NCBI GenBank assembly: GCA_963755915.1
Contig: CAVWLP010000001.1
Span: forward strand, 29,187 to 93,186
Length of the DNA: 64,000 nt
From: an uncultured Phycisphaerales bacterium
GTDB lineage: Bacteria > Planctomycetota > Phycisphaerae > Tepidisphaerales > Tepidisphaeraceae
Direction of reading: 5' to 3'
Position 1 is the stretch's first letter. Each line of letters opens with the position of its first letter. Made by a program: the position numbers and the translations under genes. This document shows, one piece after another, positions 22,156 through 32,505 of the stretch. Below the pieces are notes generated by a model that saw nothing but the letters and a program-made list of their open reading frames with translations, ran no database searches and had not been told where the DNA came from.

Positions 22156-23162
22156 ATGAGCAAACGGCCAACGATCACCGATGTTGCCCGCCTCTGCGGC
22201 GTCACTGCCGCAACGGTCAGCCGGGTTCTCAACGACAAGAAAAAGAACTTTTCAACCACCGAAGCCGTTCGCCAGAAAATCTGGGACACCGCGCGAACTG
22301 GGATACGTTCCCGATCTAAGCGCGAAGCCTTAGCCTGCGAAACACGCGCGTCATCGGCTTGTTCGCCTCGCCGCAGACCCACGTCGCCGAAGGCATCAAC
22401 GAATCTTTGCTGGAAGGAATCGCCGAAACGCTCCACTCAGGCGGCTACGACGTTTTCTTCGGCATGAGCCCCATCCGCAGCACCAAAAACCCGCTCCCCT
22501 TCTGGCGATTCGACGGCGCAATTCTCATGCAGGCCCCCAAACCCGAGACCGTAACCGAGCTGGGTTTGCGGCGCGTGCCCTACGTCTGCGTGAACGAACG
22601 CGTCGGAAATCCAGCCGCTTACGTGGTTGCCGACGACGCCATGGGAATGAAACGTGCCATCTCCCATCTCACCCAACTCGGCCACAAGCGTTTCGCTTAC
22701 GCCAACGCCCGGGCGGCTTATTTCAGCCACTACAGTGTCAACGAAAGATACGGAACATTGCTGGCAGCGGCGCGCGATGGGACCATCAAGCTGGTCCCCG
22801 GTCACGACACGCCCTTCCACTCACCCGCGGAATTCCTGAAAGTGATGGTTGGCGAAGGGGGCGCCACCGCAGTGATCACCTACGATCACCAGATCGCCGT
22901 GATGCTGCTCGGTGCCGCGTATGGAATGGGGATACGGATTCCACAGGACTTCAGCCTGATTTGCTTTAACGATGTTTTCCCGGTGGCGATGCTCTATCCG
23001 CCGCTGACGGCCGTGGCCGTCGCCGGCCGTGAGATGGGTCGCCTTGGCGCGGACTTGCTGCTGAATCATTTGCTTTCGCCGCAGCCGCATAGTGGACGGG
23101 AGATTCGAGTTTCCGAAGACCTGATCGTCCGCGGTTCGACGGCCCCCCCCCCGGCCGCGTAA
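22156..23162 (+). CDS. LacI-family transcriptional regulator (frameshifts near 22295-22350)
   Basis: PTITDVARLCGVTAATVSRVLN HTH; LGYVPD; LTQLGHKR, IPQDFSLICFND, PPLTAV, LIVRGST. Confidence 0.9.
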
Positions 23163-23216
23163 AGCGCAGATTCCTCAAATTGTTCCCCGTTTAACTTCTG
23201 AATTGCCCTTTTTTTC

Positions 23217-23259
23217 TTGACAGCTATTCGCGCCACAGTAATATATAGTAAGCGTTTAC
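23217..23259 (+). promoter_or_regulatory. Sigma70-like promoter followed by operator GTAAGCGTTTAC
   Basis: TTGACA 23217, TAATAT 23239, operator 23248-23259. Confidence 0.7.
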
Positions 23260-23303
23260 GTCAGCACATTCCAGTATTTTGCGGTTTTTGGCGGAGGGCC
23301 AAT

Positions 23304-25379
23304 ATGTCACGCGGAAAAAAGGCGTTGTGTATAGCGTCCAGCGCGGCGGCGTCGATCATTTTATCCCGCTCTGTCTATGCGGGTTTGACAATCACTCCTG
23401 GTCCCAATAGCGGGGCCGTCGGCGCCTATTGGCCTTCTTCGACCAGTGGCCCGGATCCCTCATCCGCTGTTGGTTACGACCCCTCGATCGATAGCGGCGA
23501 CGGCATCACCACCGGGTCGCCCAACAACGATGGACAAACCGAAGTCCAGGAGGGAATTGGCAGCGGCTATTTCTCGGTCCTTGCCCAAACCTTCCAGACC
23601 GGTTCCACAGGATTTACTCTCGGTGAAATTGCATTCGTTGCCGAGGCTTCGGGAGATGGCAATGATACTACCGATTTTAGTCTTCATCTTTTCCAGCTAA
23701 ACAGCACGGTGACACCCACATCCACTGGTTATACTCTAAGCACTGCCGAAGCTGCCGGAACGAACGATTTGCTGGGTGGCGGCCATGGACTTAACTTTAC
23801 GTTTGGAAGCGGGGGAATTCCCGAGAGCGTTCAGCAATTCGTGCTTAACGCCAGCGGCACAGACGATCAAGTTAACCTTCTGCCAAATACGGAGTATGCG
23901 ATTGAGCTCTGGGGCAATCAGCTTTCCACGCACAATGTCCTTCTCTTTCGCCCCAGCGGTAGCGACACCGCTCCCGGGGGCCCCTACCCCTACACGGGCG
24001 GACAGGCCTACCAGCTCTCCAGTTCCACCATCACGAATGCCGGCCAATCCGACCATAGCACTGTTTCGCGCGGCGAAGTCGCCGGCTCCACGCGCGATCT
24101 TCTCTTCGCGCTTTATCAGGCGCCCCCGCCAAATGTAACGGCAACCTGGACCGGCGCTTCGACCGCCAACAATAGCAACTGGACAGACTCCACCAACTGG
24201 ACCGGCGGCGTTCCGGGAACGACGCCGGGCGACACCGCCCTGTTTCCAGCGATGGCATCGTCGACCACCGCCGACCTGAACGGATCGCAAACGCTCGGCA
24301 TGGTCACCTTCAACGGCCCTGCTTACACCATCGCCCAGGGCACCGGCGGCGGTTCGCTGGTGCTGGAAAATGTCAACAATACAACCGCGACCATCAACGA
24401 TCTCTTCGGCAGTTCAACGATTACGGCCCCGATTAACCTCGAATCCAGCGTACAGATCGCCGTCGGACAAACGGACAATACACTGACCCTTTCCGGTGCA
24501 ATCAGCGGCGTCGGGGGGATCTCCCTCGCCGGCGACACCAATGCCCTCATGGCCGGCACCGTCGAACTCAGCGGCACCAACAGCTATTCCGGCACAACCT
24601 CCGTCGCCAGCGGCGAACTCCTCGTTGCACCCAGTGGTTCCGCCACTGTCAGCCCCTTGCCCATCGGCGGCGCTGTCACCATCACCGGCGGGTCAGTTGT
24701 CCTAGCATCTAACGTAACCCTCGGATCAGGAACCATTCCTCACCCCGCCAGCAATGTGACCCTCAGCTCGCTCACGATCTCCGGCAACGGCGTTTTCGAC
24801 ATCGGTAACAACCACATCATCCTCACCTACACCGGCGCCAGCCCCATGTCCACGATCCTGGGCTATATGCAATCCGGCTACAACAACGGCGCTTGGAACG
24901 GTCCCGGCATCATCTCCTCGGCCGCTGCCCTTGAAAACTCCACGGCCAACGCTCTCCAATATGGCATCGGCTGGGCAGACGGCGGCGACAAAGTTGGCGA
25001 TGTTGCCGGCCTCACCAGTGGTGAAATCGAACTCAAGTACACGCTGCTCGGTGACGCCAATCTTGACGGCAGTGTCAACGGGACCGACTTCTCGATCCTG
25101 GCCGCGAACTTCGGGCTAGGCCTTACGAACTGGGACCAAGGCAACTTCCTGTTTGGCAGCTCTGTGAACGGTTCGGACTTCAGCGCGTTAGCTTCGAACT
25201 TCGGCCAGGGTGACAGCGGAAACGCTGTAACTGTTGCCGACGTCGCGGCCCTCGACGCCTTTGCGGCCGCCAATGGCTTGGCGATACCTTCCTTCAGCGC
25301 GGTGCCAGAGCCCGCCTCCCTTGGATTGCTGGCAATCGGCACTCTCAGCCTGATGAATCGGCGCAAACGCCACCACTGA
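23304..25379 (+). CDS. PEP-CTERM protein with autotransporter-associated beta-strand repeat and dockerin-like repeats
   Basis: LSGTNSYSGTTSVASGEL; GDANLDGSVNGTDFSILAANF / VNGSDFSALASNF; VPEPASLGLLAIGTLSLMNRRKR. Confidence 0.88.
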   Translation: MSRGKKALCIASSAAASIILSRSVYAGLTITPGPNSGAVGAYWPSSTSGPDPSSAVGYDPSIDSGDGITTGSPNNDGQTEVQEGIGSGYFSVLAQTFQTGSTGFTLGEIAFVAEASGDGNDTTDFSLHLFQLNSTVTPTSTGYTLSTAEAAGTNDLLGGGHGLNFTFGSGGIPESVQQFVLNASGTDDQVNLLPNTEYAIELWGNQLSTHNVLLFRPSGSDTAPGGPYPYTGGQAYQLSSSTITNAGQSDHSTVSRGEVAGSTRDLLFALYQAPPPNVTATWTGASTANNSNWTDSTNWTGGVPGTTPGDTALFPAMASSTTADLNGSQTLGMVTFNGPAYTIAQGTGGGSLVLENVNNTTATINDLFGSSTITAPINLESSVQIAVGQTDNTLTLSGAISGVGGISLAGDTNALMAGTVELSGTNSYSGTTSVASGELLVAPSGSATVSPLPIGGAVTITGGSVVLASNVTLGSGTIPHPASNVTLSSLTISGNGVFDIGNNHIILTYTGASPMSTILGYMQSGYNNGAWNGPGIISSAAALENSTANALQYGIGWADGGDKVGDVAGLTSGEIELKYTLLGDANLDGSVNGTDFSILAANFGLGLTNWDQGNFLFGSSVNGSDFSALASNFGQGDSGNAVTVADVAALDAFAAANGLAIPSFSAVPEPASLGLLAIGTLSLMNRRKRHH

Positions 25380-25406
25380 GCGCAGCCAATAGCGCCTGTC
25401 GAAACC

Positions 25407-25437
25407 AATGGCCCCTTCGCCAAGGCGGGGCCATTTT
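25407..25437 (+). terminator. Intrinsic terminator
   Basis: aatggcccc/ggggccatt stem plus T-run. Confidence 0.65.
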
Positions 25438-25461
25438 CGTTTGCGGGAAACTCTCGATCGT

Positions 25462-26016
25462 TCAGGGAAGCGCCGAACCCTCATTGCGCCCGAACATCAG
25501 CCGCAGAACAACCACCGCCAGGAGGTATGTGACGAGCGCCAGCGCAGCGCCCAGAAGGATTCCACCCAGCATCCAGGAGACGAAGATCGAATTAAAAACC
25601 GCCAAAGACATTCGCGGCAACTGCGGATTACGCCAGTCCGCGATGTGCGGAACTTTGCCCGTAATCAGAAATCGCCCGGCGATGATAGAAACGATGCTCA
25701 ATACCGGCCCGATCGGAGGAGCCGACAATTGCGATCCCGCGATAACCGACAGCGGATGAAGCGAAAACCGCCGGGCGGTGTAAAGGCTCAGAATCGTCTG
25801 CAGCCCGTAAACGGGGATACACGCGATAAAGACGCCAACCGCCAGGCCCGCCGCGAAATTCTTGCGGGCCGTTTGCGCCAGCTTCAGTTCCCGCCAGGCA
25901 CGCACGGGGCTGAACCAGAAAATAAGCCGCCAGACCACGCGGGAGATCCAGCTTCCACGCCTTGGCGCTGGTGTTCCCTCGGCCCGATCCGACTCAAGGG
26001 TGGATGTTGACGGCAT
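25462..26016 (-). CDS. DUF2062-family membrane protein
   Basis: FAAGLAVGVFIACIPVYGLQT motif, C-terminal TM. Confidence 0.7.
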   Translation of the reverse strand: MPSTSTLESDRAEGTPAPRRGSWISRVVWRLIFWFSPVRAWRELKLAQTARKNFAAGLAVGVFIACIPVYGLQTILSLYTARRFSLHPLSVIAGSQLSAPPIGPVLSIVSIIAGRFLITGKVPHIADWRNPQLPRMSLAVFNSIFVSWMLGGILLGAALALVTYLLAVVVLRLMFGRNEGSALP

Positions 26017-26104
26017 AGGCTCGACTTGCATAATCCCGATGGGAATATCGGCGGCACCCGCATGATTACCGCACCCGCGACGGGCGTCAATGTTGGAAAT
26101 GGCA

Positions 26105-26701
26105 ATGAAATCGGCCACCGCCGCAATAATCGCCCTGCTGATCTTTTGCTCTCACGTTTACGCCGACGAACCGGGCTCAGAGCTCTTCCCCACCACCCTT
26201 GCCAGCAATGTCGATTCGCCCGACCCATATCCCCGCGGCCTGCGCCTGGTCACGGTTTATAGCGGCTACGCCCAGCAGCCAACCGGCGAGCGCGAGCAGA
26301 TCGGATTCTGCAATGTGGGGCTCAATTACTATTTCGCCGATAACTGGGCCTTCGGATTCGAGGCCACAGGTGTCGGCGTCTCCCAGGATGATAACAACAT
26401 TGCCGCCGGCGGCGCCGACATTATCCTGCGCACCCATCTCTGGAACTATGAACGATTTTCCTTCTACGGCGACTTCTCCGCCGGCGTGCTCGAAGCCGAC
26501 TACCGGCTGCCGCCCGGCGGCACCGATTTCAATTTCACCGTCCGCACCGGCATCGGCTCCGCGTTCCGTCTCACCGAGAATACCTCGCTGATGTTCGGAT
26601 TGAGGTACTGGCACCTTTCCAACGCCCGGCAGGAGGGTCCCGATCGAAACCCCTCCCTCAACGCCATCGAAGGATATGTGGGGCTGATGTTTCGCATGTA
26701 A
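26105..26701 (+). CDS. Outer-membrane beta-barrel, PagL/acyloxyacyl-hydrolase-like
   Basis: Signal peptide; GGTDFNF, RYWHLSNA (PagL H-x-S), alternating beta pattern. Confidence 0.7.
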   Translation: MKSATAAIIALLIFCSHVYADEPGSELFPTTLASNVDSPDPYPRGLRLVTVYSGYAQQPTGEREQIGFCNVGLNYYFADNWAFGFEATGVGVSQDDNNIAAGGADIILRTHLWNYERFSFYGDFSAGVLEADYRLPPGGTDFNFTVRTGIGSAFRLTENTSLMFGLRYWHLSNARQEGPDRNPSLNAIEGYVGLMFRM

Positions 26702-27378
26702 CCGGCCGCCGCTGGATTCCCGCCCGATACACTTCCCGAAGCAGCGCAAATACTGCCGTGGCCATCTGCCGCTCCTCGTCCGCAGCGCCCGCAAATAATC
26801 CGCCGATGGGTAGAAATCCCTATTTAATGCTGCGCGCACCGCGTCGATTAGATGGTCACATACGCTTGATTTGCACGGAAGAGATCAGCGGGAGAAGGAG
26901 AAAGTGGTTTTGACCCGCTGGGTGCCCTTAAGACAGGAGGGTCTGAAGGGCGCCCAGCAGCTTAAGAAAAAGAAACCAGGAGCCCTACGAGAGATATTTC
27001 CATGGATTGTGCGGCTTTTGCTTAACGAAATACGCAGCTTCCGGGGAATCGCGCATATTCCTTAATTTGCGCTTCACGGATGCTGCCCCAGGCCCCAGTT
27101 CCCCCATCCCCGTCCAGCCTGGTTGATGGTGACGTTCTGTTACAGTCGTCATCGACCGGCTGGACGTTTTTGTTTAGAAGCTCCCAACAAGACGGCCACG
27201 CCGCCCCCGGCAGAATCTGCGCCGGTTAAGCGAAAATACTGAATTCGCGTCCAAATAACTTTGGAAGAATTAATTTACAACCGATGCAGTATCGGGCAGA
27301 GTAAAGTAGCATTTACGGTGCCAATCGCCCCGAATAGAGCTATCTGCAATCAGGAAGGGAAATTGGGAAGGCGGGCCA

Positions 27379-29240
27379 TTGAATTCGGCCATAACGTTTA
27401 AATCGGATGCCGAGCTGGATCAGCCGGCGAAGGCGCGCCTGGCTGCCATCGTCGAATCCTCCGACGACGCCATCATCGGCAAGACGCTCGATGGAATCAT
27501 CACCGATTGGAACCGGGGCGCACAGCGCATATTCGGCTACACCCCGGAAGAGGCGATAGGGCAGCCAGTCTCCATGCTGATTCCGCCCGAGCGCCGCGCC
27601 GAGGAGCAGGAGATCCTGCGCGCATTGCGCAGGGCAAGCGGGTCGAGCATTTCGAAACCGTACGCCGCGCCAAAGACGGGCATCTCATCGAAGTCTCCCT
27701 GTCGGTTTCCCCGATTCGAGACGAAGAGGGGCAAATCATAGGCGCGTCGAAAATAGCCCGCGACATAACCGAGCTAAAACGGACCCGCGCCGAATCCGAT
27801 CGCCTGCTGCGCCTGATGGACCTTGCCAGCCTCATCGTGCGCGATGAAGAAGACTGCATCATCCACTGGAACAAGGGCGCCGAAAAACTCTACGGCTATA
27901 CCGCCGAGGAAGCCATCGGACGCCGGAGCCATGAGCTTCTCAGAAGCGAGTTTCCGCAGTCCCTGGACAAAATCTTGGGACAATTGTGGTCCACCGGATC
28001 CTGGGAGGGAGAACTTCTGCACACGACCAGCGACGGGAGGCAGATCGCCGTCGCCAGCCAATGGACGGTCTATCGCGGTCCTGGCGGAGAGGTCCCCGCC
28101 GTGCTTGAGTCCAACATTGACATTTCTGCACGCAAGGCGGCCGAGACCGAGAAACGGGAAGTCGACGAGCGCTATCGCAATCTTTTCACCTCCATGAGCG
28201 AAGGGTTCTGCCTCTGCCAGATGCTCTACGATGAAAACGGAAAGCCCAACGATTTCATCTTCCTCGCGGTAAATCCGGCGCAGAAAATCCTGGGGATGAA
28301 GGCCCAGGACGTCGTAGGCAAACGGGTAAAGGAAATTCTTCCCGGCCTGGAAGACCACTGGATTCAGGTCCTGGCAACCCCCGCCCTCACCGGAGAGGCC
28401 GTTCGTTACACCAACTACGTCGCCCAGCTCGACCGCTATTTCGACGTCTACGCCTACAGCCCCGGCATCGGTCAGTTCGCCGCACTGGCGATGGATGTAA
28501 CCGACAGGAAAAAGGCCGAGGAGGGCATGGCACGCCAGGCCGAAGCCCTGGCGCGCTCCAATACCGAGCTTGAGCGCTTCGCTTACATCGCCTCGCACGA
28601 TCTCCAGGAACCGCTCCGAACCGTCAGCAGCTTCGCAAAGCTGCTCGACCGAAAGCATTCCAAAGAGCTCAACGAGGAAGCAAGGGAGTACCTGAAATTC
28701 ATCACCGGCGGCGTAGAGCGGATGGAGACTCTGATCCGCGACCTACTGAATTACTCCCGCATCGATTCGCGGGGAGACTCCTTCAAAAAAGCAGATTGCA
28801 ATGCGATCGTGCAACTGGTTATCGAGAATCTCAAGGCGTCGATCGATTCGCGCAATGCGAAGTTAACCGTCGACACCCTCCCCACGCTCGTCGGCGATCC
28901 CACGCAGCTCGGCCAGGTCTTTCAGAACCTCCTCTCCAACGCCATCAAGTTCTGCAAGGAATCCGAGCCTCACGTCCACATCTGGGCCAAGGAAGATGAG
29001 GAAAACTGGACGTTCTCCGTTCACGACAACGGCATCGGCATCGCCCCCCAATACTTCCAGCGCATCTTCATCGTCTTCCAGCGCCTTCACACCATCGAGG
29101 AATACAGCGGAACCGGCATCGGTCTTGCCATCTGTAAAAAAATCGTCGAGCGCCACAAGGGCCGAATCTGGGTGGAATCCACCCTCGGAAAGAGCTCCAC
29201 CTTCCACTTCACCATCCCCAAGCGGAAGAGCGTTTCATGA
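27379..29240 (+). CDS. Multi-PAS sensor histidine kinase (frameshift near 27620)
   Basis: LAAIVESSDDAIIGKTLDG PAS plus two further PAS; SHDLQEPLR H-box; NAIKF, DNGIG, GTGIGLAI. Confidence 0.9.
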
Positions 29241-29671
29241 CACCGGAAAATCTCGAGATCCTGATGGTTGAAGACAACCCCGCCGACGTGCTTCTCACCA
29301 AAGAAGCCTTCCGCGAAGGCAACATCGCCAGCAGGTTGAACGTCGTCAAGGACGGGGTTGAGGCCCTGGCATATCTCCGCCGCGAAGGCCCCTACGGAAC
29401 CGCCTGCCGCCCCGACCTCATCTTCCTCGATCTCAATCTTCCTCGCAAAAATGGCCAGGAGGTCCTTCAGGAGATCAAGACCGACGAGAACTTCAGAAAA
29501 ATCCCGGTCATCGTCCTCACTACTTCCAGCTCCGAATCCGACATCGCCAGGAGCTACCAGCATTACGCCAACGCCTATGTCGTGAAGCCCGTCGACATGG
29601 ACCGGTTCAACGACGCGCTGAAGTGCATTGACCGCTTCTGGCGTCGGACGGCAACCCTGCCACCAAAATGA
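29237..29671 (+). CDS. Single-domain response regulator (Rcp1-like)
   Basis: ILMVEDNPAD, PDLIFLDLNLPRKNG, LTTS, ANAYVVKP. Confidence 0.9.
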   Translation: MTPENLEILMVEDNPADVLLTKEAFREGNIASRLNVVKDGVEALAYLRREGPYGTACRPDLIFLDLNLPRKNGQEVLQEIKTDENFRKIPVIVLTTSSSESDIARSYQHYANAYVVKPVDMDRFNDALKCIDRFWRRTATLPPK

Positions 29672-31199
29672 GCGACCGATATCTGCAAATTCTGCTGGTC
29701 GAGGACAGTCTCGGCGACGCCGCCCTGCTGGAAATGTCGCTCACTGAATCCGTTTACGGAAATTTCCAGGTAACCATGGTCAGGCGTCTGGATGAGGCCA
29801 TTTCGCGCCTCTCCCGCGAATCGTTTGACGCCATCCTCCTCGATCTGGGTCTCCCCGAATCCCAGGGCCTCCAGACGCTGCAGCGCATGAAGCCCAAAGC
29901 GGGCAACGCGCCCATCATCGTCCTCACCGGTCTCTCGGATGAGAACCTCGCCATCCAGGCCATGAAGGAGGGAGCGCAGGATTACCTGGTCAAAAGCGAA
30001 GTCGAGCGCGGCTTGGTTGGCCGGGCCGTGCGATATGTTATCGAGCGCACCCGCGCCAGCGCGCCTCCGTCGACGCCGAACGCCGCCTCCAGCTTGCCGT
30101 CGAGGCCGCCGAAATCGGAATCTGGGATTGGGATCTGAAGCGCGACAGCATTGTCTGGTCCCCGATCCAGGCCCATCTCTTGGGAATTGAAGGCCGCGAG
30201 TGCTCATTCGAAGCCTTCGACCGCTGCATCCATCCCAACGATCGCCTGGAAGTCCACAAAACCTCCCGCGACGCAATCACCTCGCACGAGCCTTTTCGAA
30301 TCGAGTATCGAGTCGTCTGGCCCGACGGCAGTCTGCACTGGCTCGAGGGACGGGGCCGCGCGTTTTTCGACGACGACGGCAAAGCCAGCCGGATGATGGG
30401 CACGATCGTCGAAATCACCCAGCGCAAGGCCGCCGAAGAAGCCGCCAAGACTCGCGAGGCCGATCTGGCGCACCTCTCGCGCGTCAGCACAATGGGCCAG
30501 ATGGCGTCGGGCCTGGCCCACGAGCTCAATCAGCCCCTCGGCGCGATTCTGAGCTATGGCGGCGCCTGCCTCGCCCAGATGGATGGCACAAACCAGTCGC
30601 TCACAACCCTAAAAACCGGCCTCGAAGAGATGATGAACGAAACGCGCCGCGCCGGCCAGATCGTCACCCGAATGCGCGAATTCGTCCAAAAGCGCCAACC
30701 CAGGACCAAACCCGTCGATCTCAATCAAGTTGTCCAAAGATCGCTTCAGTTGCTCCAGTTCGATTTGGACCGCCACACCATCGCCGCCGACGTCGATCTC
30801 GCTCCCGACCTCCCGCCGGTCCTCGCCGACGAGATCCAGATCGAACAGGTCCTCGTCAACCTGATCTGCAACGCAATCGAAGCAATCGCCGAAAACCCCG
30901 GCGGTCCGCGGAAAATCTCCGTCCAAACCCAGCGGCAGCCCGATTCAAACCAGGTCTGGGCCACGGTGATCGATACCGGAGCCGGAATGTCCGACCAAAA
31001 CATTCGCCAGCTCTTCGACCCGTTCTTCACGACTAAACCCAATGGCCTCGGCATGGGCCTGAATATCAGCCGTTCGATCATCGAAAGTCATGGCGGCCGG
31101 CTCACGCCCTCAGCAAATCCCGACGGAGGCATGCGCTTTCGTTTTACGCTTCCAATCGAAACAGGGGTGGCGGCATGTCCGACCAATCAAAGCCGGTAG
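29668..31199 (+). CDS. REC-PAS-histidine kinase, FixL-like output (frameshifts near 30060, 30175)
   Basis: ILLDLGLP REC; IEYRVVWPDGSLHWL PAC; GLAHELNQPL; PFFTTKPNGLGMGL. Confidence 0.82.
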
Positions 31200-31825
31200 T
31201 CCACATCATCGATGACGATCCCGGAATGCGCAAGAGCCTCACCATGCTCGCCCAATCGGCGTCGCTGCCCATGCATGCATATCAATCCGCCGAGGAATTT
31301 CTTGCCGAAGCCGATGTCGCCCAGCCCGGCTGCATCGTGCTCGACCTCCGCATGCCCGGAATGAGCGGCATCGAACTCCTTCAGCAACTCCGCGCCGAGA
31401 TGGTCGACATTCCCGTAATCCTCATCAGCGGCCACGCCGACGTCCCCACCGCCGTCCGCGGAATGAAGCTCGGCGCCGTCGACCTCCTGCAAAAACCCGT
31501 CGAGCCGGAGGTTCTCATCGAGGCAATTCGCCGCAGCCTCGATCTGTCCGCATCAATGCACCGCCTCCGCAGCGATCAGGAATCGGTTCGCCAGCGCTTC
31601 GACTCGCTGACCCCGCGCGAATTGGAACTCTTGAAATGGATTGTCGAGGGGCATTCAAACAAACGGATCGCCTTCGACATGGGCATATCCATCAAAACCG
31701 TCGCCAACCATCGCGCCAGCCTGATGACCAAGACCGGCGCAAGCAATGCCGCCGACCTGGCCCGGCTTTACATGATGGCCGACTCCACGCCGGCATCCGC
31801 CCATCGCGGCAAAGTCTCCAGCTAA
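31175..31825 (+). CDS. FixJ/LuxR-family response regulator
   Basis: GCIVLDLRMPGMSG; LTPRE..SNKRIAFDMGISIKTVANHR HTH. Confidence 0.92.
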   Translation: MSDQSKPVVHIIDDDPGMRKSLTMLAQSASLPMHAYQSAEEFLAEADVAQPGCIVLDLRMPGMSGIELLQQLRAEMVDIPVILISGHADVPTAVRGMKLGAVDLLQKPVEPEVLIEAIRRSLDLSASMHRLRSDQESVRQRFDSLTPRELELLKWIVEGHSNKRIAFDMGISIKTVANHRASLMTKTGASNAADLARLYMMADSTPASAHRGKVSS

Positions 31826-31938
31826 CAAAGAATCTGTCATTTCTGGGTAAAAGTACCCATTCCCCATCTCGTTTCGATTTCCGATATTTCCGCCATAGGC
31901 TATCACCATCGCTGCGACGCGCCTTTGCAGAAAATCTT

Positions 31939-32361
31939 ATGGGTCTGAAACGAAATAGCTGGCGCGGACTGGTCGTGGACGACGTCGCTTGCAACTGCCA
32001 GGCGACTGGAATAGCACTCACTTCCATGGGCGGCCAAATCACCACTGCCAATAATGGCGCCCAAGCCGTCGAGATTGTCCGCCTCGCAGACGAGCATGGC
32101 TTGGCCTTCGACATCGTCTTTACGGACGTTCAAATGCCCGTCATGGGCGGCATCGAAGCCACTCGCCTCATGCGCACACTCGGGTTCAAAGGCCCAATCG
32201 TCGCGATCAGCGGCAGCGACGAGCAGAACCTCGCCGATCGCTGCCGCGCCGCCGGATGCGACGAGTTCATTCGCAAACCCACATCGCTCGATGGGCTTTC
32301 CAGCGTATTGGCTCGTTTTTTCCCTCCCAAAAGCCAGTGGCCGCCTCTGGTTCACGTCTGA
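31939..32361 (+). CDS. Single-domain response regulator
   Basis: LVVDD, FTDVQMPVMGG, FIRKP. Confidence 0.8.
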   Translation: MGLKRNSWRGLVVDDVACNCQATGIALTSMGGQITTANNGAQAVEIVRLADEHGLAFDIVFTDVQMPVMGGIEATRLMRTLGFKGPIVAISGSDEQNLADRCRAAGCDEFIRKPTSLDGLSSVLARFFPPKSQWPPLVHV

Positions 32362-32505
32362 GAATATCGCCGCTCCTTTCATCGCGGTTGGGTATAAATC
32401 CCTATTTTGCGGGGTTTGCTTTCGTTCGATGTTTTTTGAGTAAGCGCGGGGCCGGGAAGTCATTTTCCATAGCCGCCGCATCGCGCAATTCGCCGAACGG
32501 AACGG

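Noticed and set aside
26702-27378. Small ORFs or ncRNA in the gap before the signalling island
   Set aside because: No recognisable protein motif, RBS or RNA structure that I can support.
27379-29671. Bacteriophytochrome
   Set aside because: The kinase core and Rcp1-like partner resemble phytochrome systems, but the sensor region has only PAS domains, with no GAF/PHY.
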